Below are positions 47,340 to 58,828 of a stretch of DNA of 64,000 nt, piece by piece. The translations under genes and the position numbers were made by a program. Position 1 is the stretch's first letter, and each line of letters begins with the position of its first letter. Below the pieces are notes generated by a model. It did no database searches and had not been told where the DNA came from. It saw only the letters and a program-made list of their open reading frames with translations. The DNA comes from Lepidodermella squamata (lineage: Eukaryota > Animalia > Gastrotricha): NCBI GenBank assembly GCA_047495785.1, contig JBLDXI010000033.1, positions 558,001 to 622,000 on the forward strand, written 5' to 3'.

Positions 47340-50312
47340 ATGGAATTTTCCGTAAAAAGCTTTGCATTTTTCTTGTTTCTTTCAGTGGGAACTTCGTGCG
47401 AAGAATGGCTGACTTTTCCTGAACACGACAACAAGTTGCCAAGCCAACTTGACGCTTTCCAAGAATTTCCTTCTCAAATTAAAGGCGAATGCGCATCAAC
47501 CTGCGAACAATATGGGGAGCAATGCACTAGTTTTGCTTTCAGCGAGAAGCTGGGGACTTGCAAGCTTTTCGAACATCAGAATGTGACTAACCCGCTGCCG
47601 GAACTATCCACTGATTTCGATAATGGCATGTATACAATGAACTTTCGCGTTAGTTTAACCTCAGACCCTGTTGCTCCGCCGTTTATAACTTGGAATTATA
47701 GAGATCGCAGTGTCCTTACGGATGGGTCTCTGATCCCACTTCCCTCAGGTGCTATCTAATGAGTTCACAAACCCTGACACGACCTCTTGCTTGGAAGGTC
47801 TGCGACGAAGCGCACATGTCGGAAATGGTGACGTTTCAGTCGGCGGCGCAGCGTGATTCGTTGTACGAGATTCTGAGTGAAAAGTACCCGGCTACAAGCA
47901 AGTGGTGGACGGGCTACTTCAAATTTGACAACAAACTCTGGCCGAGGCCAGTTCAAGGTATATCCTATTTCCTATTTCCTGAACCTCCTACCCAATCTAA
48001 AATAATTTCGGCGGCTAGAGCTCTCGGGTTACGTAAGGATTCGTGGCGAGTGCCAAGGTTCAGATCTTCTTTCGCAGCCGATATCAGCTACGTTGGAAGA
48101 ATGCGCAGCTAAATGTGACAAATCGTACAAAGAAGATTGCGTGTCCTTCACCTATAATCACCGTACATTTGATTGCTCATTGAAGCGACGAACTTGTAAC
48201 TTTGCGAACGGTAGCCTCTCAGCCGACCTTTGGACCTATGAAAAAGATTTTAATCGTCGACCACCGTCTCTGGAATTCGGTATCCGAATTGACCCATACA
48301 TGTATTTGCCTCCATACGGTCTCAATCGATACGACTGCTACCAGTTGTGTCGAAATCGAGTCGACTGTGTAGGTTATGTTCACACGCCAAGTCAAAACAA
48401 TCAATGTCGAATTTATTCGGGGTTGACCGGATCAAAAAATTACAGCGCGGCGGCGGACGATTCTCTGTACTATTTGAAGGATATTGACAGTTCACCGTGT
48501 ATTAAAGGCATGCGCTACCACGATACTTGTCTCGTCTGGAATGCCGTGGGAATGGCGTGGACTTTGGCTCAAGCTCAATGCCGCCAGACGGGTGGAATAT
48601 TGTACCGCCCAGTGGAGCACAGCCAGAAGTCGCTGATGGCGTACTCCTTAGTGGGCAGAGGTGGCATTTATGCAACAATGTATATTGATATGACTGATGC
48701 TGATGTCGAGGGTGTATTTAAAACGTTATACGATAAAGAAGACCTTGCTGATCCAATTTACGATAAGATGCCTTTTCAAGCTGGGTACGTTTAACTTATT
48801 TCCTTCGATCTCCACAAATCGATTTTCATTATTCTTAAAAACTTCGAATCTCCTAGATATACCAACGGGGGAACCTCGAAGAATTGCGCTGTCATGGTCG
48901 GTCCTGGTACGAACCAAACTAACAGTACCTACATGAGCGATTTGACCTGCAGCTCGAATCGATATCCCTTATGCGAGACCCGTCAGTCCTTGCTATTAGA
49001 ATATATATATCGAATGTAACGATTTTTTATTTTGCAGCGACGTCGCAATCATGGCCAACAACGTGTCGTCTCACCCCACCAGGAGCTGAATACATGGGTC
49101 AGCTATCGATCACATCATCCGGGACGCCATGCAGAAACTGGGCTTCGACTAATTACGTTACGCAATGGCGAAATTTCCCTGAACAACACACCGATCACTC
49201 GTATTGCAGAAATCCTGACCCGTCAGTGAGCGAGGATGGCGTTTGGTGTATTCGAGATGACACTGGCGATATCGAAACATGCGACGTGCCGATGTGTGGT
49301 AATCTTTACTTTCGTCAAAAAAGTGGAAACCTAGTTAACAATTTGATATTCAAAGCGGAAACTGATTGGAGTGACGATGTGGATATATCCAGCGATGCTA
49401 ATCAATATGCAGCTCTAACGTATGATCCAATGCAGGAGGACGGCTACAGCTGGACGGCCGAAACGCTGTTCAGCACCGCAAATGCTTTGTGCTCGATGCC
49501 TGTCGATTCATGTAAGCTTGTAATTGGTTTAGAAACAATATTAGAAACAAGCCCGCGTTGACTTAATTCATTGGTTTTGAATTCTTAAAATGAATTATTT
49601 TCACCCCACGCTGATCCCGCAGTAAATTCGGATGGGCAAAATTTTGCAAAGAAACCGAAATAGAAGTCACTTCTCAGTTCTTTCGGGCCTCTCAACGGTT
49701 TTCTTGAAACGGAAGTAGTTTTAATAAAGAAATGGAGAACGTAACGAGGTTATAGAGGTGTAGTTATTTACTACATTTTTCTTTTGCATCAATTTCTGCG
49801 CTCAATGTTTTGTGTAACAAGTGTTCAATGATTGATTCATTCTTTCTGCGTTTTCGAGGGTGTGAAAACTACTACCGCGGAAGCTGCTACAAAATCTACC
49901 GCTTGATGAAGAGCTTCTCGGACGCTGCTGCGATTTGCGCCTCGAATTCCTGGCATCTGGTAGCAATAACGTCAAATGAAGAACACGCGTTTCTTACAGG
50001 TCTGATAATGCAATTCTTCAGTGAGTTTTCATGTGTTTACGCTCATGTGCTAGCTATTCTCTATGAATCTCTTTCTCAGGGCGAAACACGACCCCGGCAT
50101 TCGGATTTCATATAGGCCTCATGGGCACAAGGCCGGACAACTACACTTGGATAAATGGCGAAGAATTTAGTTACACTCGCTGGAGTTGGAAGACAAAAGA
50201 AAACGGCATCGTCTGTGGTCACATTGGCCAATGGGGTTACGGTGATAGTTGGACTGACTTGCCGTGCTCTGTATTGTCATGGTTCATATGCGAAATCGAA
50301 CTTACGGAATAA
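47340..50312 (+). CDS. Secreted mosaic protein: PAN/apple, C-type lectin and kringle domains, multi-exon (junctions partly unresolved)
   Basis: Signal peptide; PAN-like C...C......C.SF.F.....C.L repeats; kringle Y.G..S.T.SG..C.NW...SYCRNPD....WC......CDVP.C; terminal CTLD CY......SF.DA...C....HLV.I.S.EE..F...W.D..C....FICE. Confidence 0.75.
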
Positions 50313-52204
50313 GTAATTACCTAATATGTACAGCATAAAAGATCACAGAGAACTAGAAAACTGGCAATTAATATATTCGATATTCGATACTCTCGAAGCT
50401 TTAATTACTGGCGTGAGATTTGGATGATATCGATGGGACGATATGATATCGAGTTTTTCCGCTTTTATATATTATTTATTCCATTTCATTTCTGTCATGA
50501 ATTCCGAAGCTGGACTTCTAGTTACCATGTTTCCGGTTCTGCCTGATTTTTCGGTATTCACTCTTCTTGCCCAGTATGCATAAAAAACACATTTCGTATT
50601 ACCGACCGATAATCGTTCTATGACAAAGATATTTTTGCGAGATCCTTTATCTTGAATACCTGGCCGAAAAGCCGATTTACCGTCATCAGACCTACTCCCC
50701 ACTCATATGCGCACTGCGATCGTGTGGGGGAGAAAACCCGGTTTATTGCAGCACTAGCCATTTTCCCGACGCTAACGTCGCAGCTAGTTACCTTGGAGTT
50801 TTAACTGTTATTCAAGCCGAATTCACTTCCAGCTATTTTGGTCGTTCCAGCTTTAAAAGGGTTTGATAACAGCCCACTAGCGGAGTACGACACAGAGTTC
50901 AAGCCCATAAAAATGTGAACCATTAGACATCGGCATTGCCGCATTTCGCACATTTGGCATTTCCAGCCGCAAAATAACTGCAAAACGGCGTTCATGCCAA
51001 AATATTTTCACTTGCTGAATATGGCAATGAAGGCATTCCATCGAAAAGCTATTTCAAAAAGCTTTTCATAACCTTCAAAAAACCTTCAGTTTTATTTTCT
51101 CAGTACTCATCAGTAGGAACAGCTAAAAGCATAGATAAAAAAATATAGAAGATATGACACTCGCGATCTAGCCCTGTTATGTGAAAATAAAATCACGCGA
51201 CCTTTGGACCCTATACAAATGTATGGCGAAAGTTTCGACAATTTTTTTCTCCAAAACATCCATCTCGAATTTCGGTGCAAAAATTATGGAAAATTCGTAA
51301 TTTTTCGCATGATTTTATCACAAAATTTGAGCGCGCGGTACCGAAATTTGAATTTTTAGTCGTCAAAAAACCGAAATTTCGACATTTTTCATTCACAATT
51401 TTCTCACCACTACTGTTTTTTACGTGATTTCATATCGGCACGTTCCAAATAGTGCGATCTCGCTAATATTTTGCTCTTAATTTTTTACTTTTAGCGCATA
51501 AATACAGTCTTTATTCATCTATGCTTTAGCGTTAACATTCTTGTCATAAAATAAGCAGCCACATCCTCAGTCGGTTCCTTTTGGAAGGATTATTTCGACT
51601 TCATTGCTCACGTAGCAACCATAAAGGTTTCGGGGTATCCCAGATCCCAGCTTGTCCAGTGACAATTCGAAAGTCATTGGACATGCCTTGGTTTCTTTTT
51701 TTGCCGAAGCTCAAGACATGCCCAATGCCATCAACTCATAAAACTGGATGACTGGATCAACTCATAAAACGCATAAAAGAAGCATGAATTCATTTCGCTT
51801 CGGACACAAATTTTGAAAACAAAATAATAAGAGAACGCACTGCATTTTCCACGGCTCCAAGGTGAAAGAGTGATCAAAAATGAATTAGATTTAGGAAAAA
51901 AACACAAGTCGCACGCCGGATTTCCAAGCGTTGCCATGGCAACAGGGCTAGAAATAGTAACAAAATCCAAAATTATAGCCCTAGGTTACATGTGGAATCG
52001 CTGCCTGCAAATTATATCAGCGGGTGTCAAAAAAATCAAGTAATAAGCAATAATTTTCCCGTAATTTTTGGAGGATGATGTTTATTTTTAATTAATTTTT
52101 GAAATAATTGCAATACTGTGTATTTGACTGCAAAAAGGCATAACAGGAAGCACGCGCGAGTGTCATATCTTCAGTATTTTTTTATCTATGGCTAAAAGGC
52201 ATGT

Positions 52205-53428
52205 TCATATCCATGCTTTATCTATTGCTACGAAATAGACACTTAAGGAGATGGCGATTAGTGCAATGGAAGCGAGGCCTCCTACAATCAAATCTAACAA
52301 TCTACTGTATGAAATGCTCGGGCAACGAAGAGGGCTCGATCCAACTTTCCAACTGACCAACCTCCGAAAAACTTCCTTGTAAGTTCGAGTTAGGGCGAGA
52401 CTAACTAACGAGTATGTTGTGATTGCTAGGGCAAGGAGAGTACAGTTGTCCGTAAAGTTACTCAGCAGGATTTTCTGTGATTTCTGAGGAACTCTAGCGA
52501 GAATTTCACCCTGGAAAAAAGTTAGTGCCAATAGTATAGTCACCTGAAATACAGGTCTATCAGGCATATTAGGCGGCATTATCAACCCAGCAATGTCCAA
52601 GCTCATCAGGACCAATACTGGCGCAAGTAGATTGTTGATAAAGTACCAAGGATTTCGTTTGAAATTCAACTGAAAGATAACCAAGCTTCTTGCCCCAGAA
52701 ATATCGACGGTCCCGGTTGAGTAGCTGAATGAAACATATTTCCAGCTTGACCCAACACTTGGCATGAAAGCGTCATCGACCAAACTGGAATTCGAGACGG
52801 TAAAAATAGAGGCATTGTGGTGTTCCTGCATCACAAATGCAATGATGCAAGATTGGTTGTCGAACGGAAAGACAGCGTAATCCATCGGGCAGTGCGATGA
52901 AAACACTCCAATGCGCTGCCAAGAAAATTTAATGGTCTCGTTTTCTGGAGCATCCTTATTTGGTACGTAGCTAACAAACATGCGACTGGTGAACGTGTCT
53001 CCGAGACTGAAACTTAGAACTGCATTTTTGTGATGCATCTTCGGACGCCAGAATAGACTTTCATCGATGTAGAACAGAGTAGAATCGTTTTTCCTATAGT
53101 TCTGACAGGATAAGGACCATTCAAGGGTTAAACTTGCTGATAGATCCAGAGTTTCATCAGCATCATTGATGCCTTGAAAGCGCAAGACGTTGAAAACTAT
53201 GTTTATCGGCGTTACTTTGCAATCGTCGGGGTTCGATATCCTGCCATCTAAACAATTTGGAGTATAAATTGCTGGGCGGAAGTGAGGGCAAGCTCGGAGA
53301 AGCTCTGAACTTCTATCAATGACTAAATCGTTGGGTGCATTAGTTGAAGCCCATCGGTTCACCTCGGCGCCGGAGGCAATTATTGAGTGAAAAGAAGTGA
53401 TAACTATAGCAAATACTTTGAGGATCAT
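52205..53428 (-). CDS. Divergent Cys-loop ion channel subunit, outlying family member
   Basis: Cys-loop CPMDYAVFPFDNQSC, WRP..HHKN, M2 PDRPVFQVTILLALTF, same four extra N-terminal Cys as the array genes. Confidence 0.92.
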   Translation of the reverse strand: MILKVFAIVITSFHSIIASGAEVNRWASTNAPNDLVIDRSSELLRACPHFRPAIYTPNCLDGRISNPDDCKVTPINIVFNVLRFQGINDADETLDLSASLTLEWSLSCQNYRKNDSTLFYIDESLFWRPKMHHKNAVLSFSLGDTFTSRMFVSYVPNKDAPENETIKFSWQRIGVFSSHCPMDYAVFPFDNQSCIIAFVMQEHHNASIFTVSNSSLVDDAFMPSVGSSWKYVSFSYSTGTVDISGARSLVIFQLNFKRNPWYFINNLLAPVLVLMSLDIAGLIMPPNMPDRPVFQVTILLALTFFQGEILARVPQKSQKILLSNFTDNCTLLALAITTYSLVSLALTRTYKEVFRRLVSWKVGSSPLRCPSISYSRLLDLIVGGLASIALIAISLSVYFVAIDKAWI

Positions 53429-54018
53429 ATCTATGCAAATGGCAGAGTTCCAAATAATTCAGTCTTCGAAAAATAGGAATAATATAGTCAGATACGTATG
53501 CACCCCTGGAGGCTGGGTTGATTAAAATTTAACTTGTCTATGGCAGGGTAATATTTTGTATTTTAAACATGTTTATCAATAAATCCAGTTGTGAAGTTTG
53601 CGCAACCAGTAAATAGTTTGATTCCCGTGTTGATAGTAAATTTCTCGGTGGCAATACGTGACGGGATGACGCAAAGTGCTGCGGATAATCGGTAGATTCT
53701 AAAAACCAACTGACTGATGAAACTGACTGAATGTGATCATGATGGAATAAATTAATGACTAACGAGATAAAAAATGCGAATTGCCTTGGGCCTTGCGATC
53801 TGGAAAAAATGATGGTTCAATTCCACGAATCATCAATGCTTTCAATCGTGCTTTCAATCTGAGGCCTAATCATGGTTCTTTGAGAGCGCGATTTAAGAGC
53901 AACTACTTGAGATCAACGCATTAAGGGCAACCGATATTTCATAGCAGATGTCATTAAAGCAATTGTTAATGAAAAATCTAGAAAAAATTGACAAGCGACT
54001 TGATTGATTGATTTAAGG

Positions 54019-54183
54019 ATCACAACAGCCTTTTTCCATATAGAAGGAACAGAACCTTGCACGAACGAAGCATTGTAGATGTAGGAAAGCAGTAGAAGCC
54101 CAGCCAAGCAACCGAGAACTGCCACACAGGCACGATGGCGCCAAGCAGCTTGTAAAAAGATGCGGAAGGACACTGCATGCTAA
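54019..54183 (+). pseudogene. Degenerate inverted paralog of the secreted peptide genes
   Basis: GCCCAGCCAAGCAACCGAGAACTGCCACA...GGCGCCAAGCAGCTTGTAAAAAG nearly matches the reverse complement of ~55350-55410. The frame shifts relative to the intact gene and no clear signal exon is present. Confidence 0.65.
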
Positions 54184-55302
54184 GCACCGGCGAAGCCACC
54201 CACTTCTCCCTAATAAGGTAGGACGAGCAATAGCTGTTGGGCTCTCGAACACCGATGCCGTTTCTGCTATCTTCACTCAATAAAACTGTTAACATGGAAT
54301 CGGAAATGTTTTTCGCAATCTTGATATTACGGAGGCGCGGTGGCTCAATTGGGGCGGTGCGTATCTGAGTACTATCGCTCGGGACTGGGTTCAAGTTCCA
54401 GCGACGGAACCAAGATGGAGCACTTTCTTGGCCCAGCGGAGGTTTTACCAATCCATCGCATTACAAAGGAAACAATTTGGAGGTTGGGAGAGTAAGCTAG
54501 ACTGTTACGGTCGATTCAAGTATAGTTACTTTTTCACCTTCGCCATGCCATTCGCATGGTTGATCGGTAGAAAAAACCGAATGCATCAAAAGCAATAGTA
54601 TGCTGTTTCTATTTTAGGCGAGCTGATCTGTGGGCCACCCCGCGACATGAGAGAAATTTTCCTTTCATCACACAACCGCGTCCCAGCTACCTATTTGCTA
54701 ACTTGAACCAAAGGAAATGTAGTGATGCAGCACGCACAGCAAAATTATTTGATAAACAAATGGATATTAAAGCAGCTGATATTATCGTTTTTTGAAGCCT
54801 TCATTTGACAATTCGTCGTTGTAGTGCGGCTAAAAGTCCTATCTCCAAAACAATTCATTTCGAGATTATTCGAAAAAACAGCTTTATTTCCAAAATATTC
54901 ATTAAAAAATGTCACTGGTGTGAAAAATAGGGGTAATCAAACCCGGCGGATCGAATGGCGCCGGCCATTTTTACCGGTGACGCATCGTTATTGCACAATA
55001 AGGACATTCGCTGCAGATAGGACTTTTTAGTGGATTTTTTCATTTTTTGTTCGTGTTTTTTTAAGGTTGTGGTTCGAGTCCTTACGAAAGCATTCATTTT
55101 GGGCCGATTTTTGCCGACTCATTTTCACTTGGCATCGAATACCGCACTGAGTCATCGCCATTTTTTGTCGTGATCTGGACGTGAACTGGAAAAACCCAAT
55201 TTCGATTTTTGATGGAGATAGGACTTTTAGCGACGAATTCTGCCCATCTCTTGCCTCTCACGTGACTCATCCTCCTCTGCTCATATCGTGCGATAGCAGC
55301 TA

Positions 55303-55535
55303 TCAGGCCTTCACGCAATTGCACGTTATCCTGCATTTGTATTTATAGCCCTTTTTACGAGCTGCTTGGCGCGCCTGTGGCTGTGGCAGTTCTCGGTTGC
55401 TTGGCTGAGCTTCAGCTCCAGCATTGCTGAAAATGGCTGATGACACCTAAGCGAAATAATAGTAGACCAACATTTTATTTATACATGAGCAATTAAACGT
55501 ACCAGAAGAGCTAGAATAACTGCAAATTTAAGCAT
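55303..55535 (-). CDS. Small secreted prepro-peptide, 58 aa; complement join(55303..55446,55503..55535)
   Basis: MLKFAVILALL|VSSAIFSNAGAEAQPSNRELPQPQARQAARKKGYKYKCRITCNCVKA*. 56-nt phase-0 GT-AG intron; paralog at 56822..57077. Confidence 0.8.
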
Positions 55536-55828
55536 TTTCAAACTTGAAAATAATAGAAAAAAAACTTCAAACGAAAAGATAGCCAATGATGTGAGAAGCG
55601 CTGCTCATCTCGAAAGAATGTTCTGACTGCTGGGCAAATACAAGATAGAACGCCAAACTTGAGGTGAATTCACGGACCGCTGAATACCACATTTTTCATA
55701 CTTCTACGCCATACTGCCGTTGCTGGCTCCATGTGATGAGTATTCAGCTAGCCCCTCGATTTCGCAATTTTTTATATTCACCCTAAACGAATCCACTAAA
55801 CGAGTGAAACAATTTGATGATAAGGGAA

Positions 55829-55956
55829 TACTCTATGGCTAGCCATGGAGAAATAAAATTTCCCCCCGATCTGGAACCCCTAGATTCGTTTGCCAAACTC
55901 ACTCGGGGTTCCAGATCGGGGGGAAATTTTATTTCTCCATGGCTAGCCATAGAGTA
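55829..55956. mobile_element. Palindromic MITE-like insertion (52-bp arms, 24-nt loop, TA ends)
   Basis: 55829..55880 is the reverse complement of 55905..55956; absent from the duplicated copy of this upstream region near 58150. Confidence 0.8.
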
Positions 55957-55960
55957 ATGC

Positions 55961-56465
55961 TATTCCTACATGCGCACTATCTGGAGCCACTTTTTAGGGT
56001 GCTAAAGAGGCATACCCCTGTGAAAATAGCATAAAAAATTGAAATAAAAAGCCCGCCTTAAAATTTTTAATTTAGCCATAGAGAAATTTAATTTCTCCTA
56101 TGATTGAGGCTAAAAAACGATACAGAAATAGTGTTTCTGTATTCCTGTACAATACAGAAACACTTTTATTAAGATGGACTTTTTATTTTCGCATTTTCCT
56201 ATATAAATGGCGTACAAGATCACTTTTTCCCGCACTTTCTAGCAACGCTTCTCCGAGTTTTTAGCAGATACAGAGGAGAAAAGCAATCTCGGATTTACTC
56301 CGAATACAGAAACACTTTTCTTGTACGAATGACTGTATGAATCGAGGTTCCTGCGGAACCTCGATTCATACAGTCATTCGTACAAGAAAAGTGTTTCTGT
56401 ATTCTGAGCCATCCAAGATTGCTTAATTCCCAATGGCTAGATTTTACCATGCGCATGTAGGAATA
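55961..56465. mobile_element. MITE-like element with 16-bp terminal inverted repeats, containing a 50-bp-arm palindrome (56302..56404)
   Basis: TATTCCTACATGCGCA ... TGCGCATGTAGGAATA. Internal perfect palindrome with a 3-nt loop (TGC). Confidence 0.75.
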
Positions 56466-56821
56466 GGATTAACATAGAGAATAGAGGATTAAGAATGATT
56501 AATAGGAAAAAATGATGGAATAAAGATAATGTTTTGCTATGCTGATGATGGCAAATACTCATATGAAATGCTCAATTACTTCGCCTTTACGAATTTAATT
56601 TATTCGCCTCGTCGCAACGCCCAACGCTGCATGCCGCATGCCGCCTTGCTTTCATAGATCCGTAGGTAACATCTCGCCAAATTTAACAAAAAACATGCTG
56701 CCAGTCAATTTAATCAATTATTTCTCGAATTCTCAGTACAATTGTTCACGATTTTTTAAATACATCCCTCTCCTCGCGACATTTATCTCGCACTCGCTGG
56801 CGGCAAATTGGCATCGAATCA

Positions 56822-57077
56822 TCACTTTCTATTAGAGAAACAAACGCAAATGTCATTACAGCAAAATTCTCGAGTATGCGGGGGGCATTGTACACGTGCT
56901 GCCTCCTGCGGCTGCTCAGCGTTGCGGCTGCTCGGCTGCGTTTCAGCTACTTCGATTTCGGCATTGGCGATAATGGCTGAAGATAACTGCATTAAACGAT
57001 AATTTGATGAAGCTTTTGACAATTTCGAGCGAAAAAGAACCTACCAGAAGAACCAAGACTGCTGCAAATTTCACCAT
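56822..57077 (-). CDS. Small secreted Cys-rich prepro-peptide, 65 aa; complement join(56822..56986,57045..57077)
   Basis: MVKFAAVLVLL|LSSAIIANAEIEVAETQPSSRNAEQPQEAARVQCPPHTREFCCNDICVCFSNRK*. Same 33-nt first exon and phase-0 intron (58 nt) as 55303..55535. Confidence 0.82.
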
Positions 57078-57359
57078 TGTTGAAGAGAGAAGCTTGTTTT
57101 GAATATGATTTGAAAAGAAAATTTGACGAATGATGGGAAACCCAAATTCTCAACTCGAACAGCACTCAGAACGGCTGCTCAAATATGACCCTGGTATAGG
57201 AAGAAAAACGATGTAAACAGTGGAAATTATGGGATAATATAATTTGTTAACGAGCAGTATAACAAGATAGAACGCCAAACTTGAGGTGAATTCACGGACC
57301 ACTGAATACCCATATGTGATGAGTATTCAGCTAGCCCCTCGTTTTCGCAATTTTTTATA

Positions 57360-58118
57360 TCGTAACGTGTGGTGATTGTGGACACGGTAACTTTGGACAC
57401 TCTCGGCTTTGCAGGTGTTCATCTTCTCAGGGTTGAACGTTTAAATCATGGGTTTTTTGCATGAAATTATCCGTCTCTTTACCTTTCGTTTGAAATAAAA
57501 ATCAAGACGATTGGAGCTGAAATCGGATTTCAGAAAAAGTTACAAGCAGTTAGACTTTGGGTGCCATTTTGGGACCCCCTTCTATCTTTCTAATAATCGA
57601 TCAGTTTTAAATAAAAGTTAGCATGAGTAATCTCCTATCTTTACTCTCCCTGTAATCGAAGAAAAAATGGCAATCCGTCGACGCGTTTTAGCAGGGCGTT
57701 TACCTGAAAAACAGGTGAAAATGGGGTAATTTTGGACGCTATAAGTATGCGGCAGCTCAGAAAAGTATTTTTATTGAACTTCTGCAAAACAAATGATGCG
57801 CCATCTGTTCATAATTTTTTCAAAATCTGACCCTAAATTAATTACAAATCCATGAGAAACTGATTATTCACAATGAAATTGCAATGAAATTGCATATGCA
57901 AATGAGCGTCCAAAATTACCCTCTAATTGTCCAAAGTTACCGGAACACATTTTAATTTGCCACAGGTCAGGTAAAATTCTCAAAAATCTGAAAATTTTTT
58001 GCAGTAAATTCAGCAATCACCGTCCCCATCTTTGGTGAGAATTTCAGAAATTTAGAAGTAAAGGCTGATTTTTAATGTTCGAAAAGCACGCTTTGTCCAA
58101 AGATACCACTCGTTACGG
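57360..58118. mobile_element. Tc1/mariner-pogo-type MITE with TA TSD
   Basis: TA|tCGTAACGtGTGGT ... ACCACTCGTTACGG|TA. It interrupts sequence that is nearly contiguous in the paralogous copy at ~55770-55800. Confidence 0.8.
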
Positions 58119-58828
58119 TACGAATCCACTAAACGAGTGAAACAATTTGACGATACATACCTAAGAATGATTAATAGGAAAACAATTGCGATATTTTTGC
58201 GAGGTCATATATCTTTTGAATGCCTGGCCGACAATCCAATATTTCCCACTTTTACGTATTTTTTCTTTTCATTTTCATTTCAAGTATTCAAGTTCCATTC
58301 CGTTCCAGCTCGCCAGGCTCGCCCCGCAGAACACGACATTGATATCGCGCCTTGATGAGAAAAATGAAAGCAGGCATCTGATATAAAAGGAAAAGTGTTT
58401 TATTCCTGACTTTCCGATTCTAGATTATAGTCCAGTCAATGGCGATAAAAACAAATCGTTATTTACTATGTTTCTCATTGGCCGCCGTATAATAATATCA
58501 TTTCCGCAGTCAAATGTCTCATCCGCACACAGCACAAAACTAATAAGAAAACTGTCGTGAAAGTTGACATGATTCGATGTTAAAACGATCACAAAATTCC
58601 GACAATAAAACACCGAGATCCACAATACACGCAGTATTTACACCATTTCTGTACAATTTTCGACACAATTCCATCTTATTTTGATCATCGCGGAAGCAAC
58701 AAGGACATAAAACTTGCATTTTTTGTTGTAGTCAAATCACAATATTAATATAGCTCAATAGAAATTGTTATTCAGTTCGTTGCATGCATAGAAGTACAAA
58801 GGTGTTATTGAAAGATGCGGCGTCGATT

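Noticed and set aside
53913-54451. Minus-strand ORFs with a hydrophobic stretch
   Set aside because: The antisense reading of the peptide-paralog remnant explains them better.
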